Positions 9,523 through 19,045 of a DNA stretch of 64,000 nucleotides are shown piece after piece; position 1 is the first letter of the stretch, and the number at the start of each line of letters is the position of its first letter. The position numbers were made by a program, and so were the translations under genes. The notes under the pieces are model-generated. The model saw only the letters and a program-made list of their open reading frames with translations, made no database searches and had not been told where the DNA came from. The DNA is from Gemmatimonadota bacterium (GTDB taxonomy: Bacteria > Gemmatimonadota > Gemmatimonadetes > Longimicrobiales > Gaopeijiaceae): positions 11,059 to 75,058 of the forward strand of contig JASFVN010000001.1 in the NCBI GenBank assembly GCA_050049805.1. The letters are read 5' to 3'.

Positions 9523-11682
9523 ATGATCCGTTTTCTCCTCCTCGGTCTTCTCTTTCTCACACCAGCCCTTGCCGCCCAGGAAGCCCCAGCTGAAGCTGGA
9601 CGGGCCTTCACTCCGGAAGATTGGTACCGAATTACCCATGTCTCGTCCCCGGCCATGTCCCCGGACGGGAAGTACGTGGCGTTCACGGTTACCACGGTGA
9701 ACGAGGAGGAGAACCTCCGCCACTCCGAGGTATGGATGGTATCCACGTCCGGAGGGGATCCCGTCCGCCTCACCTCTCCAGGTACCGAAAGCTCCAGCCC
9801 TCGCTGGTCGGAAGATGGGACTCACCTCTTCTTCTCCTCCCGGCGACCGGGGGGGGACGGCAACACCTGGGTCCTGAGGATGGACGGAAAGAGGATGGGA
9901 GAAGCCTTCCAAATGGATGAAGAGCGCCGGGGCTCTGAACCGGCCGATGGCTCATTTGTGGTATGGACAGCGGCCGGGGAAGACGAGGCCGCAGAGGGAG
10001 AAGAGGACCAGGAGGATCGGGAGAGGGATCCTTTCGCCCGCATGCAACCCATGGCAAGGCCTCCATTGGGAAGCATCACGGAGCCGGTGGATCCTCAGCG
10101 GTTCGACGGCATGCACATCGTGGACTTTCCGTATAAAAGGAACGGAAGGGGGTTTACTCCGAATCGTCAGGAGCCCCGGACCTACGAAGCCTCCCAGATC
10201 TGGAAACAGCTGGATGGTGACACTACCGAGGTCCAGCTCACGGATGAGGTCTACTCTCATCAAAGCGCCACGGTATCTCCAGACGGCCGGTGGATCGCCT
10301 TCGTGGCGAATCCGAGGCTCTTGCCGGATTCAGCACTCCAGGCCGAGCGAGATTCCATCGCCCAACTTCCTTACGATGCTGTCCGGGACGAAGCGCCCCG
10401 GAACGACGCGGATATTTTCGTCATGCCTGCAGAGGGGGGGGAAGCAAGGAGGCTCACCGACGAGAACGGATCAGAGGGTCGGCTGGTTTGGTCTCCCGAT
10501 TCCAGACAAATCGCATACACTTCCCGCCCCGAGCGAACATCGAACAATCGGATCTGGATCGTCGATGTGGAGGGCGGAGAGCCCAGGAACCTTCTGGGAG
10601 ACTGGCGCTACGAACCAGGAGGTTTCGAATGGATCCCCGATGGCCGGATTGTCATGAGTGCTTCCATCGGCGGTCGCACGGCCCTTTTCCAGGTGGATCC
10701 GGAGACCGGAGACCTGGAAGAAGTCATCTCGGGACGCCGTCGCATCAGCGGGTTCAGTTATGACGACGACTTTCGGCAGGTGGCCTTCGTCGCCACCTCC
10801 GTCCACCAGCCCACGGAACTCTTCATCGCAGATCTGGATGGAACGAATGAGCGTCGACTCACCGGTTTCAACGACGAACTGAACGAGGAGATCGCCTGGC
10901 CCAAGGCCGACCGATTCACCTTCGAGTCTGTGGGAGGTATGGAGATCGAGGCGTGGCTCCAATATCCCCACGGGTACCAGGGTGGAGAGCGGTACCCTCT
11001 GGTCCTCTACATCCACGGCGGTCCCCATTCCGCATATGGGGAAGGGTGGTTCGACGAGTTCCACAACCTGACGGGCGCCGGGATGTTCGTTCTCTATACG
11101 AATCCCCGGGGGTCCAGCGGCTACGGAGCCGACTTCACCTACTCCACCCGGGGTCGATGGGGTATGGAGGACTACGAAGATCTCATGAAGGCCGTGGATA
11201 TCGTGATCGAGAGGCCGGACGTTGATCCCGAGAGGTTGGGAGTAACAGGTGGAAGCTACGGCGGGTTCATGACTGCCTGGATCACCACCAGGACCGACCG
11301 TTTTGAAGCGGCCCAGACCGACCGGATGATCTGCAACTGGTTCTCCTGGTACGGGACTTCCGAGGCCCAGGGCTTGACGGAGTTCGAATTCTACGGCAAA
11401 CCCTGGGACAACCCGGAGCTATACTGGGAGCTGTCGCCCATCAAACACGTGGCCAACGTCACCACACCCACCCTTATCGTGCAATCGGAGGAGGACCATA
11501 GAACCCCGATGACGGACGCCGAGCAGTGGTTCATGTCTCTGAAGAAACAGGGTGTGCCGGTAGAGTTTATGCGGTATCCCAGGTCCACACACGACTTGTC
11601 CCGGACCGGCGAGCCCTGGCTCCTTGTTGACCGGCTCGGCCGACTCCGGGACTGGTTCACCCACTGGTTGATGGAGGGCTAG
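9523..11682 (+). CDS. secreted S9-family serine peptidase (beta-propeller plus alpha/beta hydrolase)
   Basis: Signal MIRFLLLGLLFLTPALAAQ. WD40/TolB-like SPDG repeats. Nucleophile elbow GGSYGGFM, with downstream D and H in the prolyl-oligopeptidase arrangement. The start could also be ATG 9508. Confidence 0.85.
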   Translation: MIRFLLLGLLFLTPALAAQEAPAEAGRAFTPEDWYRITHVSSPAMSPDGKYVAFTVTTVNEEENLRHSEVWMVSTSGGDPVRLTSPGTESSSPRWSEDGTHLFFSSRRPGGDGNTWVLRMDGKRMGEAFQMDEERRGSEPADGSFVVWTAAGEDEAAEGEEDQEDRERDPFARMQPMARPPLGSITEPVDPQRFDGMHIVDFPYKRNGRGFTPNRQEPRTYEASQIWKQLDGDTTEVQLTDEVYSHQSATVSPDGRWIAFVANPRLLPDSALQAERDSIAQLPYDAVRDEAPRNDADIFVMPAEGGEARRLTDENGSEGRLVWSPDSRQIAYTSRPERTSNNRIWIVDVEGGEPRNLLGDWRYEPGGFEWIPDGRIVMSASIGGRTALFQVDPETGDLEEVISGRRRISGFSYDDDFRQVAFVATSVHQPTELFIADLDGTNERRLTGFNDELNEEIAWPKADRFTFESVGGMEIEAWLQYPHGYQGGERYPLVLYIHGGPHSAYGEGWFDEFHNLTGAGMFVLYTNPRGSSGYGADFTYSTRGRWGMEDYEDLMKAVDIVIERPDVDPERLGVTGGSYGGFMTAWITTRTDRFEAAQTDRMICNWFSWYGTSEAQGLTEFEFYGKPWDNPELYWELSPIKHVANVTTPTLIVQSEEDHRTPMTDAEQWFMSLKKQGVPVEFMRYPRSTHDLSRTGEPWLLVDRLGRLRDWFTHWLMEG

Positions 11683-11689
11683 CGACCCC

Positions 11690-12532
11690 CTAGACGCCGC
11701 CGGCGTTCACCCGAAGCTCTTTCACGGCGATGGTGACCTCCATGCCTTCACCGCCGCCGCCGAGCATACTCTCCATCTGCTCGATCTGACCTTGGATCAT
11801 CCCACGCATGGATTCGGGGATGCTCTCCATCTGGGCTCGCATCTGCTCGAGCTGTTGGCGCAGTTCCTCCTGGTCCACGTCGGCAGCCTCCATCATCCCC
11901 GAAGTGATGACCCGGGTGACGAAGGGATGGACATAACCATCGACTTCCCGGTAATCCTCCATGAACATGGTCATCTGGATCGGGGAGTAGCTTCCATCCT
12001 GCCCCCTCATCTCCCCGTCCATCTCCACTTTTCGCAGAAGGAGATCATCCTCGCTCATGGAATACTGGAAGGAGCTCGGTCGGAAGTCCTCGGCTCCTTG
12101 TTCACTGCCCGGCATTCGAGGCAACTCGAGGCCGGTGAAGTCGTCAATGCGGAAGACGAGCACCTCGTTCCCTTCCAGCTCATCCCTGCCGACCAGTTGA
12201 GTCCGTTCAATCCAGGCCTCTTGAAAGGGGTTGGACCAGTCGGGCTGAACCATGTCCTGAGGCATGGTCTGGGTCATCCCGGCCGCGGTTACTGAGACGG
12301 GCATGAGAACCGGTGTGCCACCGATTTCTTGTTTTTCCATGTACATGCTCATCTCCATGCCCATCGTTTCCTGGACGATGGTCACGTTCTCCACCCCAGC
12401 GAGGCGCTCCGCCTGAGCCTCCATGGCCCGCCTCATGAGGGCCTGGGCATCCTGAGCCACGATGCTGCCAGGAAAAATGGCCAGGAAAGGAACCGCCAAG
12501 GCTACCAGGCCCAAAGCCTTACGGACTGTCAT
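11690..12532 (-). CDS. methionine-rich secreted protein of unknown function
   Basis: ATG 12532 behind AGGAGG, 2 nt after the response-regulator stop (the track start at 12538 is a TTG). Signal MTVRKALGLVALAVPFLAIFPGSIVAQ. About 28 Met in 280 aa by my count, with MxM/MxxM clusters (ETMGMEMSMYMEK, IQMTMFMED, EQMRAQMESIPESMRGMIQGQIEQMESM). Confidence 0.7.
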   Translation of the reverse strand: MTVRKALGLVALAVPFLAIFPGSIVAQDAQALMRRAMEAQAERLAGVENVTIVQETMGMEMSMYMEKQEIGGTPVLMPVSVTAAGMTQTMPQDMVQPDWSNPFQEAWIERTQLVGRDELEGNEVLVFRIDDFTGLELPRMPGSEQGAEDFRPSSFQYSMSEDDLLLRKVEMDGEMRGQDGSYSPIQMTMFMEDYREVDGYVHPFVTRVITSGMMEAADVDQEELRQQLEQMRAQMESIPESMRGMIQGQIEQMESMLGGGGEGMEVTIAVKELRVNAGGV

Positions 12533-12534
12533 TG

Positions 12535-12918
12535 TCAATCCTCCTCACCACCAAGTTGTAGGGTTCTGTCAATCGCCTCCAGGACCTCCTCCCTGGAAAA
12601 GGGTTTCTGGAGGATCTCATCTGCGCCCAGAAGTGATGCATCGCTGAGGGCCTGGTCCCGGGATAGGAGTCCGCCCCCGGACATGGCCAGGACTTTCGCC
12701 TCCGGAAAGGTCTTCCGGATGTGGACCAGAAACTCTATCCCGTCCATTCCTGGCATGAAGATATCGGTGATCACCAGATCGGCGGGTTTCCCCTCGTAGT
12801 GGCGAAGGGCAACCTCGCCGTCAGATGCATCCGTAACCGAATGCCCGGCTCCCTCTAGGATCTTCCTCAAAATCCCCAGGACGCCGGGTTCATCATCGAT
12901 GATCAGAATGTCCGCCAT
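12535..12918 (-). CDS. stand-alone response regulator receiver (CheY-like)
   Basis: ADILIIDDEP, phospho-acceptor context DLVITDIFMPGMDG, and AMSGGG. No output domain. ATG 12918. Confidence 0.85.
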   Translation of the reverse strand: MADILIIDDEPGVLGILRKILEGAGHSVTDASDGEVALRHYEGKPADLVITDIFMPGMDGIEFLVHIRKTFPEAKVLAMSGGGLLSRDQALSDASLLGADEILQKPFSREEVLEAIDRTLQLGGEED

Positions 12919-13018
12919 CTTCGCATTCTCCCCGCAACGACGACCTCGGCCGTTCCCGAGCGAGCCGTGGTCCAATCCATTAAACTCTAATCAGGCCAGA
13001 GCCTTGGCAATCTCCTCG

Positions 13019-15658
13019 TCACTCGTAGAAGAGAGCGTTGAAAAGCATCCGCATGGTGGACCGGGCCTGAGCTCGGTTGTGAACATTGAATCCAAAAGCG
13101 AGGACCCGCCCCTCCCCCAACGGGATATCCAGGGCCGCGGCTCTCTCTTGGAGATAATGGTCGCCGATCATCCACCCACTCAGGAGAAGGGGCTCGTCCG
13201 GGTAGGAAGCCACCACCCGTATCCGACCCTCGTCCAACTCGCCCGGACCGTTGGCCTGTGCCGATTCGGCCTCCCCTTCGGTATCGGGATCCAGGCCCCC
13301 GATTTCGAAGGCTCTCCCTCCTGAGAAGAAGATCGTGCCCCTCTCCTCCATCCCGTAGGCCACAGGATGTTCGGCATCGAACTCGGCCTTCAAGATGGCC
13401 CCGGGTACGTTGAAGCTGTCCGGGGAAACCTCCCTCAGAACATTGGTCACCGGAATATCAAAATATTCCAGCGGCAGATCGCAAGAACGGTTGTTGCAGA
13501 GGAGACGGCCACCTTCTCGGACAAAATCTCGTAGCCCCACGAGACCTTCGTCTCCGATCCCGCCGACATAGTCCGGCGGAATGGTGCCCACGGCGTGGCC
13601 GTCGATGATGTCCGAGGCGCTCTGGTCGGCAAACACCAGAACGTCGAAACGGTTCCCCAGGTCGCCGGCTTTGATCTCCGCGTTGGTCACCGATTGGAAG
13701 GGAATGCCGTAGGTGTCGAATACATAGGTGATCCAGCCGGCATCCATGCTGGCTACCCAGGCCTTGTGGAGCCCGATGCGTGGAAACCTGATTCGAACGG
13801 TGGGCACCCCGGGGCTGCCGTTCCACACTTGTAGCCCTGTGTCTCTGGCAATCTCCGCTACCAACCGCTGGGCGTTTCCTCCCCCCCGCACCACATACGT
13901 GCCAGTCCTGAAAGGTTCGCCACCCAGGACAAAGGGTTCCGTGGCTCTTCGGACTTCGACTCCGGCTTCCAGCAGAGCCATGGCCGCCGTAATGCTGGCG
14001 TTGTCCTCGGCCCCGAAGACGAACGCGCCTCCGGATGGGGCCTTCACCGGCAAATCCACGGCCTCGATCCGGGTCAGGCCCACGGAGAGGCTGGAGGACA
14101 TTTCACGGTACTCGACGCCCATTTGAAGAGGCAGGGTCCATCCCACGCCGTCGTAGGGGCGCAAGGGTCCGCCCTCCCAATCTTCTGGATTCACCAGCCC
14201 CTGCCAGAGATGGGAATACTCTCGGAGGTCCGGGTAGGTCTGCCTCTCGAAGATATTCTTCAAAAAGAGACCGAACGGCTGGCTGGTGGGGAGTACGAAC
14301 GTACCGGCCGGATAGGGGATGCCATTGTGTTCGAAGGCTTCGTCTGCGGTGTAGACCTCGACTCCGTTGATCAGCATCCGCTCCATGAGGAGAGCGGCGC
14401 TGCTTCGGTTCGGTTGGTCGGCCGGGACGATATATCCGTAGGGAGGTTCATCCAGGAACCGGCTCACGACGTCCACCCCGGCCCGATATTTGTCATAAAT
14501 GAGCTCGTTCCGATATCTGGCCGCCACTTCCAACACCGCCTTGCAGGCTGTGCTGTTGTAGGCCACTGCATCGCCGATTCTCCACCAGCCGCCGGGCCAG
14601 GGACTCGGGTAGAACACGCCCCGGGTCAGGTCCCGGTGGGCTTCCGGGAAGTCATTCACTGTGAAGTGCTGTGGCGTTGCATAGCGGTACAGCTGTGTCT
14701 CGGTAAGAATCGAGGCGACATTGTGTCCGTCCACCACCTGTGTTGCATAGCCCGGATACCAGGTGTCGTAACGGATTCGGGAAATGGCACCCGGCTGCCC
14801 GTTCTCCTCAAACGCCTTGCCCATGGCCGTCCCTATGTGGTTCTTCCACCTCACGATCAGAGGGTGAACGTTGGGATTTGTGGGCTCGGCATCGGGGGGA
14901 GTCCAGATTCGGGCCGGGAAGGGTCCGGTCTGATGCTGGTTATATAGAATATGGGGATACCACTCGAGAGAGTGGGCCCTGTTCATATTCTGGGTTTCCA
15001 CCAGATTCGCCATGAACGAGTCACGATTATTATCATGGCCGACATATTCATGATATAGCCAGGGAATGGGACTGACTTCATACGGCGTCCCTACATTCCC
15101 CATGTACCAGTCCGAGACAATGGTCATCCCGTCCGGATTCGCGAAGACCAAGAGAGCAATGACATTCTCCCGAATCATCTCCATCTGGCGGTCGTCACCG
15201 GTGACAAGGTCGTAGGCGAGCTGAGGAAGGAGTTGTGCCGGGGCGACTTCTGTCCCGTGAAGGCCACCGTCGATCCAGACGAAAGCCTTTCCCTCCTCGG
15301 CCAGGGCCTGGGCTTCTTGATCGGACAGGCCTCTGGGAAGGCTGATTCTGCGGTTCAGCTCCTTGAAGTGGTCCAGTCGCCGGAGATTCTCGGCCGAAGA
15401 GACCACCCCGTATTTCATTCGCCGTCCGGCGGTGGTTTCTCCCATGTCGAGGACCAGCATTCGATCGGTCTGGGAGGCCAGGAGCTCGAAGTACCCCATG
15501 GCCTGCTCGTAGGTCATGAGGTGGAAGTCAGCTCCTGGCTTGAAACCGAGATACGCCTCCGGAGAAGTGACCTGTGCCGAGAGGAAGGAGGGGGTCAACC
15601 CACTCACGGCAATGAACAAAACTCCGAGAGAACCCGTCACTGCCTGTCGAAATCTCAT
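13019..15658 (-). CDS. large secreted M14-family zinc carboxypeptidase-like protein
   Basis: Signal MRFRQAVTGSLGVLFIAVSG...SAQ. M14 HxxE zinc motif in IDGGLHGTEV. A C-terminal extension of about 450 aa of unclear fold. Confidence 0.75.
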   Translation of the reverse strand: MRFRQAVTGSLGVLFIAVSGLTPSFLSAQVTSPEAYLGFKPGADFHLMTYEQAMGYFELLASQTDRMLVLDMGETTAGRRMKYGVVSSAENLRRLDHFKELNRRISLPRGLSDQEAQALAEEGKAFVWIDGGLHGTEVAPAQLLPQLAYDLVTGDDRQMEMIRENVIALLVFANPDGMTIVSDWYMGNVGTPYEVSPIPWLYHEYVGHDNNRDSFMANLVETQNMNRAHSLEWYPHILYNQHQTGPFPARIWTPPDAEPTNPNVHPLIVRWKNHIGTAMGKAFEENGQPGAISRIRYDTWYPGYATQVVDGHNVASILTETQLYRYATPQHFTVNDFPEAHRDLTRGVFYPSPWPGGWWRIGDAVAYNSTACKAVLEVAARYRNELIYDKYRAGVDVVSRFLDEPPYGYIVPADQPNRSSAALLMERMLINGVEVYTADEAFEHNGIPYPAGTFVLPTSQPFGLFLKNIFERQTYPDLREYSHLWQGLVNPEDWEGGPLRPYDGVGWTLPLQMGVEYREMSSSLSVGLTRIEAVDLPVKAPSGGAFVFGAEDNASITAAMALLEAGVEVRRATEPFVLGGEPFRTGTYVVRGGGNAQRLVAEIARDTGLQVWNGSPGVPTVRIRFPRIGLHKAWVASMDAGWITYVFDTYGIPFQSVTNAEIKAGDLGNRFDVLVFADQSASDIIDGHAVGTIPPDYVGGIGDEGLVGLRDFVREGGRLLCNNRSCDLPLEYFDIPVTNVLREVSPDSFNVPGAILKAEFDAEHPVAYGMEERGTIFFSGGRAFEIGGLDPDTEGEAESAQANGPGELDEGRIRVVASYPDEPLLLSGWMIGDHYLQERAAALDIPLGEGRVLAFGFNVHNRAQARSTMRMLFNALFYE

Positions 15659-15685
15659 CGTTCGTTCTCCAACCGAATCAGTACG

Positions 15686-16804
15686 CTATTCCGTGAGCAT
15701 GAAGACTGCGAAGGTGGCCAGCCAGTGCTCTCCCTCATAGTTGCCGCTGGCAATGTGAGGGAGAGTGGCGCGAGCATGCTTCGCAGCTGAATCCAAGAGG
15801 ATGATCCGGACCGGGTCCTCTGCCGGGAGGGCTCGTGCTATGAGGCGCATGCACCAGGCCCGGCTGAGATTCAGTCCATCCAGGTGGACGATCTTCGGAT
15901 CACTTCGGTCCGAAACGTTGGCCGGCTCCAGGAGGGACTCCGGCTCCCCTGCCACCAGCCCTGGGAGGAATCCATGGAACCACCGGGGGAAGGCGTCGGG
16001 CCCCAGGACCCGGCGCATGAGATCGGCCTCCATGAGGGATCGGGAGAAAAAATCATCCCCGTCGGGTTCCCACTGGGCCGGGTAGTCACGGTCGGCCTCG
16101 AAGTAGGTCAGGGCACGCTCCACGAGAAGCTCCTCGAGGGTTGTATGCCCCAGAGTTCTGGCGTAGTCCAAAGCAAAGGCGATCCCGAATGCGGTGTTGG
16201 GATGCACGCCCCGGCGAATCGGGTAGTCCTGCCGCGGAAGAAAATCCAGGTACCGCTGGGCGAACTCCTCGGCCAGAGGCTTCAGGTTCGTCGCCCACCG
16301 GACCCCGTCGGCATCATGCCAACCGTGGAGTTCCTCTGCCAGTTTGAGCAGCCAAGCCCACCCGTAGGTTCTCTCGAAGGAGGCGCGACTGGGTTGGTTC
16401 AGATAGTCGATCTCCTTGGCCACATTCTCCTGAGTCAGAAGCGAGCTGAGAGTTTCTCTGATTTGGCCAGCCTCTGGCAGGTCGGGAAACAGCTTCAGCA
16501 TGCGAACCAGAAGCCAATGGCCATGAACACATGAGTGCCAGTCGTAGCTCCCGAAGAAGGCCGGATGCAGTGCCGAGGGGCTCAGCACCTCACCTGCATC
16601 GTTCATGACGTGATCGAGTTTGTTCGGGTATTCTCTGGTGATACCAGCCAGGGCCAAGTCGGCGAAGAGCGATGCGGCCTCTCGCTCCAATGAAGGGAAG
16701 TCGGTGGTGAACTCCTGCGAGGGCATGCTGGGCGGCGGCTCTGTGCACCCCGATAGGAGGAGAGCCAAGGTCAGAGCCAAGGAGAGTCGAGAAGGTGATG
16801 GCAT
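15686..16804 (-). CDS. DUF2891-like lipoprotein
   Basis: Canonical lipobox LLLSGC. All-helical body with YDWHSCVHGHWLL, which I associate with DUF2891. The family call is from memory only. Confidence 0.6.
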   Translation of the reverse strand: MPSPSRLSLALTLALLLSGCTEPPPSMPSQEFTTDFPSLEREAASLFADLALAGITREYPNKLDHVMNDAGEVLSPSALHPAFFGSYDWHSCVHGHWLLVRMLKLFPDLPEAGQIRETLSSLLTQENVAKEIDYLNQPSRASFERTYGWAWLLKLAEELHGWHDADGVRWATNLKPLAEEFAQRYLDFLPRQDYPIRRGVHPNTAFGIAFALDYARTLGHTTLEELLVERALTYFEADRDYPAQWEPDGDDFFSRSLMEADLMRRVLGPDAFPRWFHGFLPGLVAGEPESLLEPANVSDRSDPKIVHLDGLNLSRAWCMRLIARALPAEDPVRIILLDSAAKHARATLPHIASGNYEGEHWLATFAVFMLTE

Positions 16805-16975
16805 CAGGATATCCTCTCTTTCCAGCTCGGTCCGAACGAGAAACAGTGGACAATATCGGGCCCGGCGGGCTTTGGGGCGAACAGGGGTCCTGCAGATGGG
16901 TCTCTTGCCTTTTTCGCAGGGTAGGGTCAGGCTTCAGCCGATTCGGATCAGACCGCCCATTGGCCAAGTCATGCA

Positions 16976-18391
16976 ATGAAACAACGAAAGACACTCCTCA
17001 CTCGCTTCTTCGGGTGGGCAGCCGGAGTCTTCTTTCACGTTGATCGAAGGGGAGGGCCGGTTCCGTCCGGTCCCCTCATGGTGGTGGCCAACCACCCGAA
17101 TTCCCTCATGGACCCCCTAACCCTGATCAGAGTGCTTGATCGGCCCACCCGTCCGCTGGCCAAAGCGCCCCTCTTCGACCAGCGGATCCTCGGCCACATC
17201 CTGCGGGCCATGGGAGGGCTTCCCATCTACCGAAAGCAGGACTTCCCGGACCAGATGCGCAGGAACCGGGGCACCTTCGACGCAGCGGCGGACGCTCTCA
17301 AACAGGGTGACGCTATTCAGATCTACCCGGAAGGCCTGTCCCATTCGGAAGCGTCGCTGGCTCCCCTGAGGACCGGCTCGGCCAGGATCGCCTTTCAGGC
17401 GGAATCGGAGAGCGACTGGACCCTGGGCCTTCAGATTCTCCCGGTGGGCCTGACCTATGTCCGCAAGACCTTCTTCAGGGGCCACGTAGTAGCCCAGGTC
17501 GGGACTCCCATTCGGGTGAGTGACTGGAAGAAAGCCTACGAGGCACATGACCGGGGAGCGGTGAAAGAGCTGACGGAGGTGATCCGGGAAGGGCTCCAGG
17601 AGGTCACGCTGAATGCAGAATCACCCAGGGAACGGGAATTGATTGAAGTCGCGGAGCGGGTATACGCCAGGGAAGCCGGGTTGGCCAGGTGGCGGGAGAG
17701 GGAGAGCCTCGGGGAGCGATTTCCCAGGCTGAGACTATTCGCCCGGGGAGCCGCCTGGCTCAGGACCGAGGATCCAGCCCGATACCGCCGGTTGGCCCGG
17801 CGAATCAGAGCCTACGAGCGAGCGGCCGGGATCCTGGGGGCCGGAGAGGCAGGGGTTCCCCCTGCCTATCGGATGGGTGCAACACTGCGCTATGCCCTGG
17901 TGGAAGGAGGGATCATCCTCCTGGAGGCGCCCTTCGCCGCCGTGGGCATCCTGGCCTGGCTCCCCGTCTATCTCTTCTCCCGCCCTATCGTCGGCCGCAT
18001 CCGACCGCACCATGAAGCCCTCTCCACCTTCAAGTTCTCCGTCTCGGCTCTCCTCGCCATAGGCACCCTGGCCGGATGGACCTTCCTCGCATGGTGGTTC
18101 GGGGGCCTGTCCTCGGCCGTAGGGATCGGGGCCGTCCTGATTCCCTTGGGACTTCTGGCCATCGCATGGCATGAACGCTGGATTCGGGTGGAGGAGGACG
18201 TGAAACTCTTTTTTCGGGTCGCCTTCAGGCGGGACAAAAGGGAACGCCTGGGAGAAATGCGCCGGGAGCTGGTGACGGAGTTCGACCGCATCGCCCTGCG
18301 AATGGAAGCCGGGGATCGGGCCGCGAAACCGTCATCGAACGGAGGGGATGGAGATTCCCTTCCCTCCCTGAACGGAACCGACTTCGCCTAG
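16976..18391 (+). CDS. lysophospholipid / glycerol-3-phosphate acyltransferase family protein with C-terminal membrane domain
   Basis: HX4D acyltransferase motif VANHPNSLMDP, and IYPEG. Hydrophobic segments near residues 300-400. Confidence 0.8.
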   Translation: MKQRKTLLTRFFGWAAGVFFHVDRRGGPVPSGPLMVVANHPNSLMDPLTLIRVLDRPTRPLAKAPLFDQRILGHILRAMGGLPIYRKQDFPDQMRRNRGTFDAAADALKQGDAIQIYPEGLSHSEASLAPLRTGSARIAFQAESESDWTLGLQILPVGLTYVRKTFFRGHVVAQVGTPIRVSDWKKAYEAHDRGAVKELTEVIREGLQEVTLNAESPRERELIEVAERVYAREAGLARWRERESLGERFPRLRLFARGAAWLRTEDPARYRRLARRIRAYERAAGILGAGEAGVPPAYRMGATLRYALVEGGIILLEAPFAAVGILAWLPVYLFSRPIVGRIRPHHEALSTFKFSVSALLAIGTLAGWTFLAWWFGGLSSAVGIGAVLIPLGLLAIAWHERWIRVEEDVKLFFRVAFRRDKRERLGEMRRELVTEFDRIALRMEAGDRAAKPSSNGGDGDSLPSLNGTDFA

Positions 18392-18394
18392 CTC

Positions 18395-19045
18395 CTAAAC
18401 CGTAGACGATGGACAGAGGTGGGCGACGACGCACTCCTGGCAAAGCGTTTTCCTGGCCGAGCAAGGACCTCTGCCGTGGAAGATCAGAAGGTGGGAAAGG
18501 GGCGTCCATCGCTCCTGGGGGAAGGTCTCCATCAGATCCAGCTCGATCTTTTCCGGCGTCTTCGCTCGGGAAAACCCCATCCTCCCAGAGAGTCTCTTCA
18601 CGTGGGTGTCCACCACGACGCCTTCGTCGATGCCGAAGGCGTTTCCCAGGATGACATTGGCCGTCTTCCTCCCGATGCCCGGAAGCCTGGTGAGCTCTGT
18701 CAAGGTCCGAGGTAGCTCGCCCTGATGTTCCTCCAGGAGGGACCGGGACATACCGATGAGGCTTTTGGCTTTGTTCCGGAAGAACCCGGTGGAATGGATC
18801 ATCTCCTCCAACTCGTCCTGGGAAGCTGCGGCCATTGCCTCGGGATTCGGAAAGCGCTCGAAAAGGGCCGGGGTCACCATGTTCACCCGTTCGTCGGTGC
18901 ACTGGGCCGAAAGGATCGTCGCCACGGCCAGCTCGAACGGATTACGATGGTCGAGAGCGGTGACCGCCTCCGGGTACTCCTTCTCCAGGAGCTTGAAGAT
19001 GAGGCCGGCCCTCTCGCGCCTCGCCTTCTTCGATTCCCTGGGCAT
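18395..19045 (-). CDS. nth: endonuclease III
   Basis: HhH-GPD motifs (LPGIGRKTANVILG). C-terminal 4Fe-4S cluster cysteines CSARKTLCQECVVAHLC. 216 aa. Confidence 0.9.
   Translation of the reverse strand: MPRESKKARRERAGLIFKLLEKEYPEAVTALDHRNPFELAVATILSAQCTDERVNMVTPALFERFPNPEAMAAASQDELEEMIHSTGFFRNKAKSLIGMSRSLLEEHQGELPRTLTELTRLPGIGRKTANVILGNAFGIDEGVVVDTHVKRLSGRMGFSRAKTPEKIELDLMETFPQERWTPLSHLLIFHGRGPCSARKTLCQECVVAHLCPSSTV

Noticed and set aside
16961-16975. TGGCC...TGCA resembling a sigma-54 element just upstream of the acyltransferase gene
   Set aside because: The GG/GC spacing is off by one, and the element abuts the start codon, which leaves no room for a leader.
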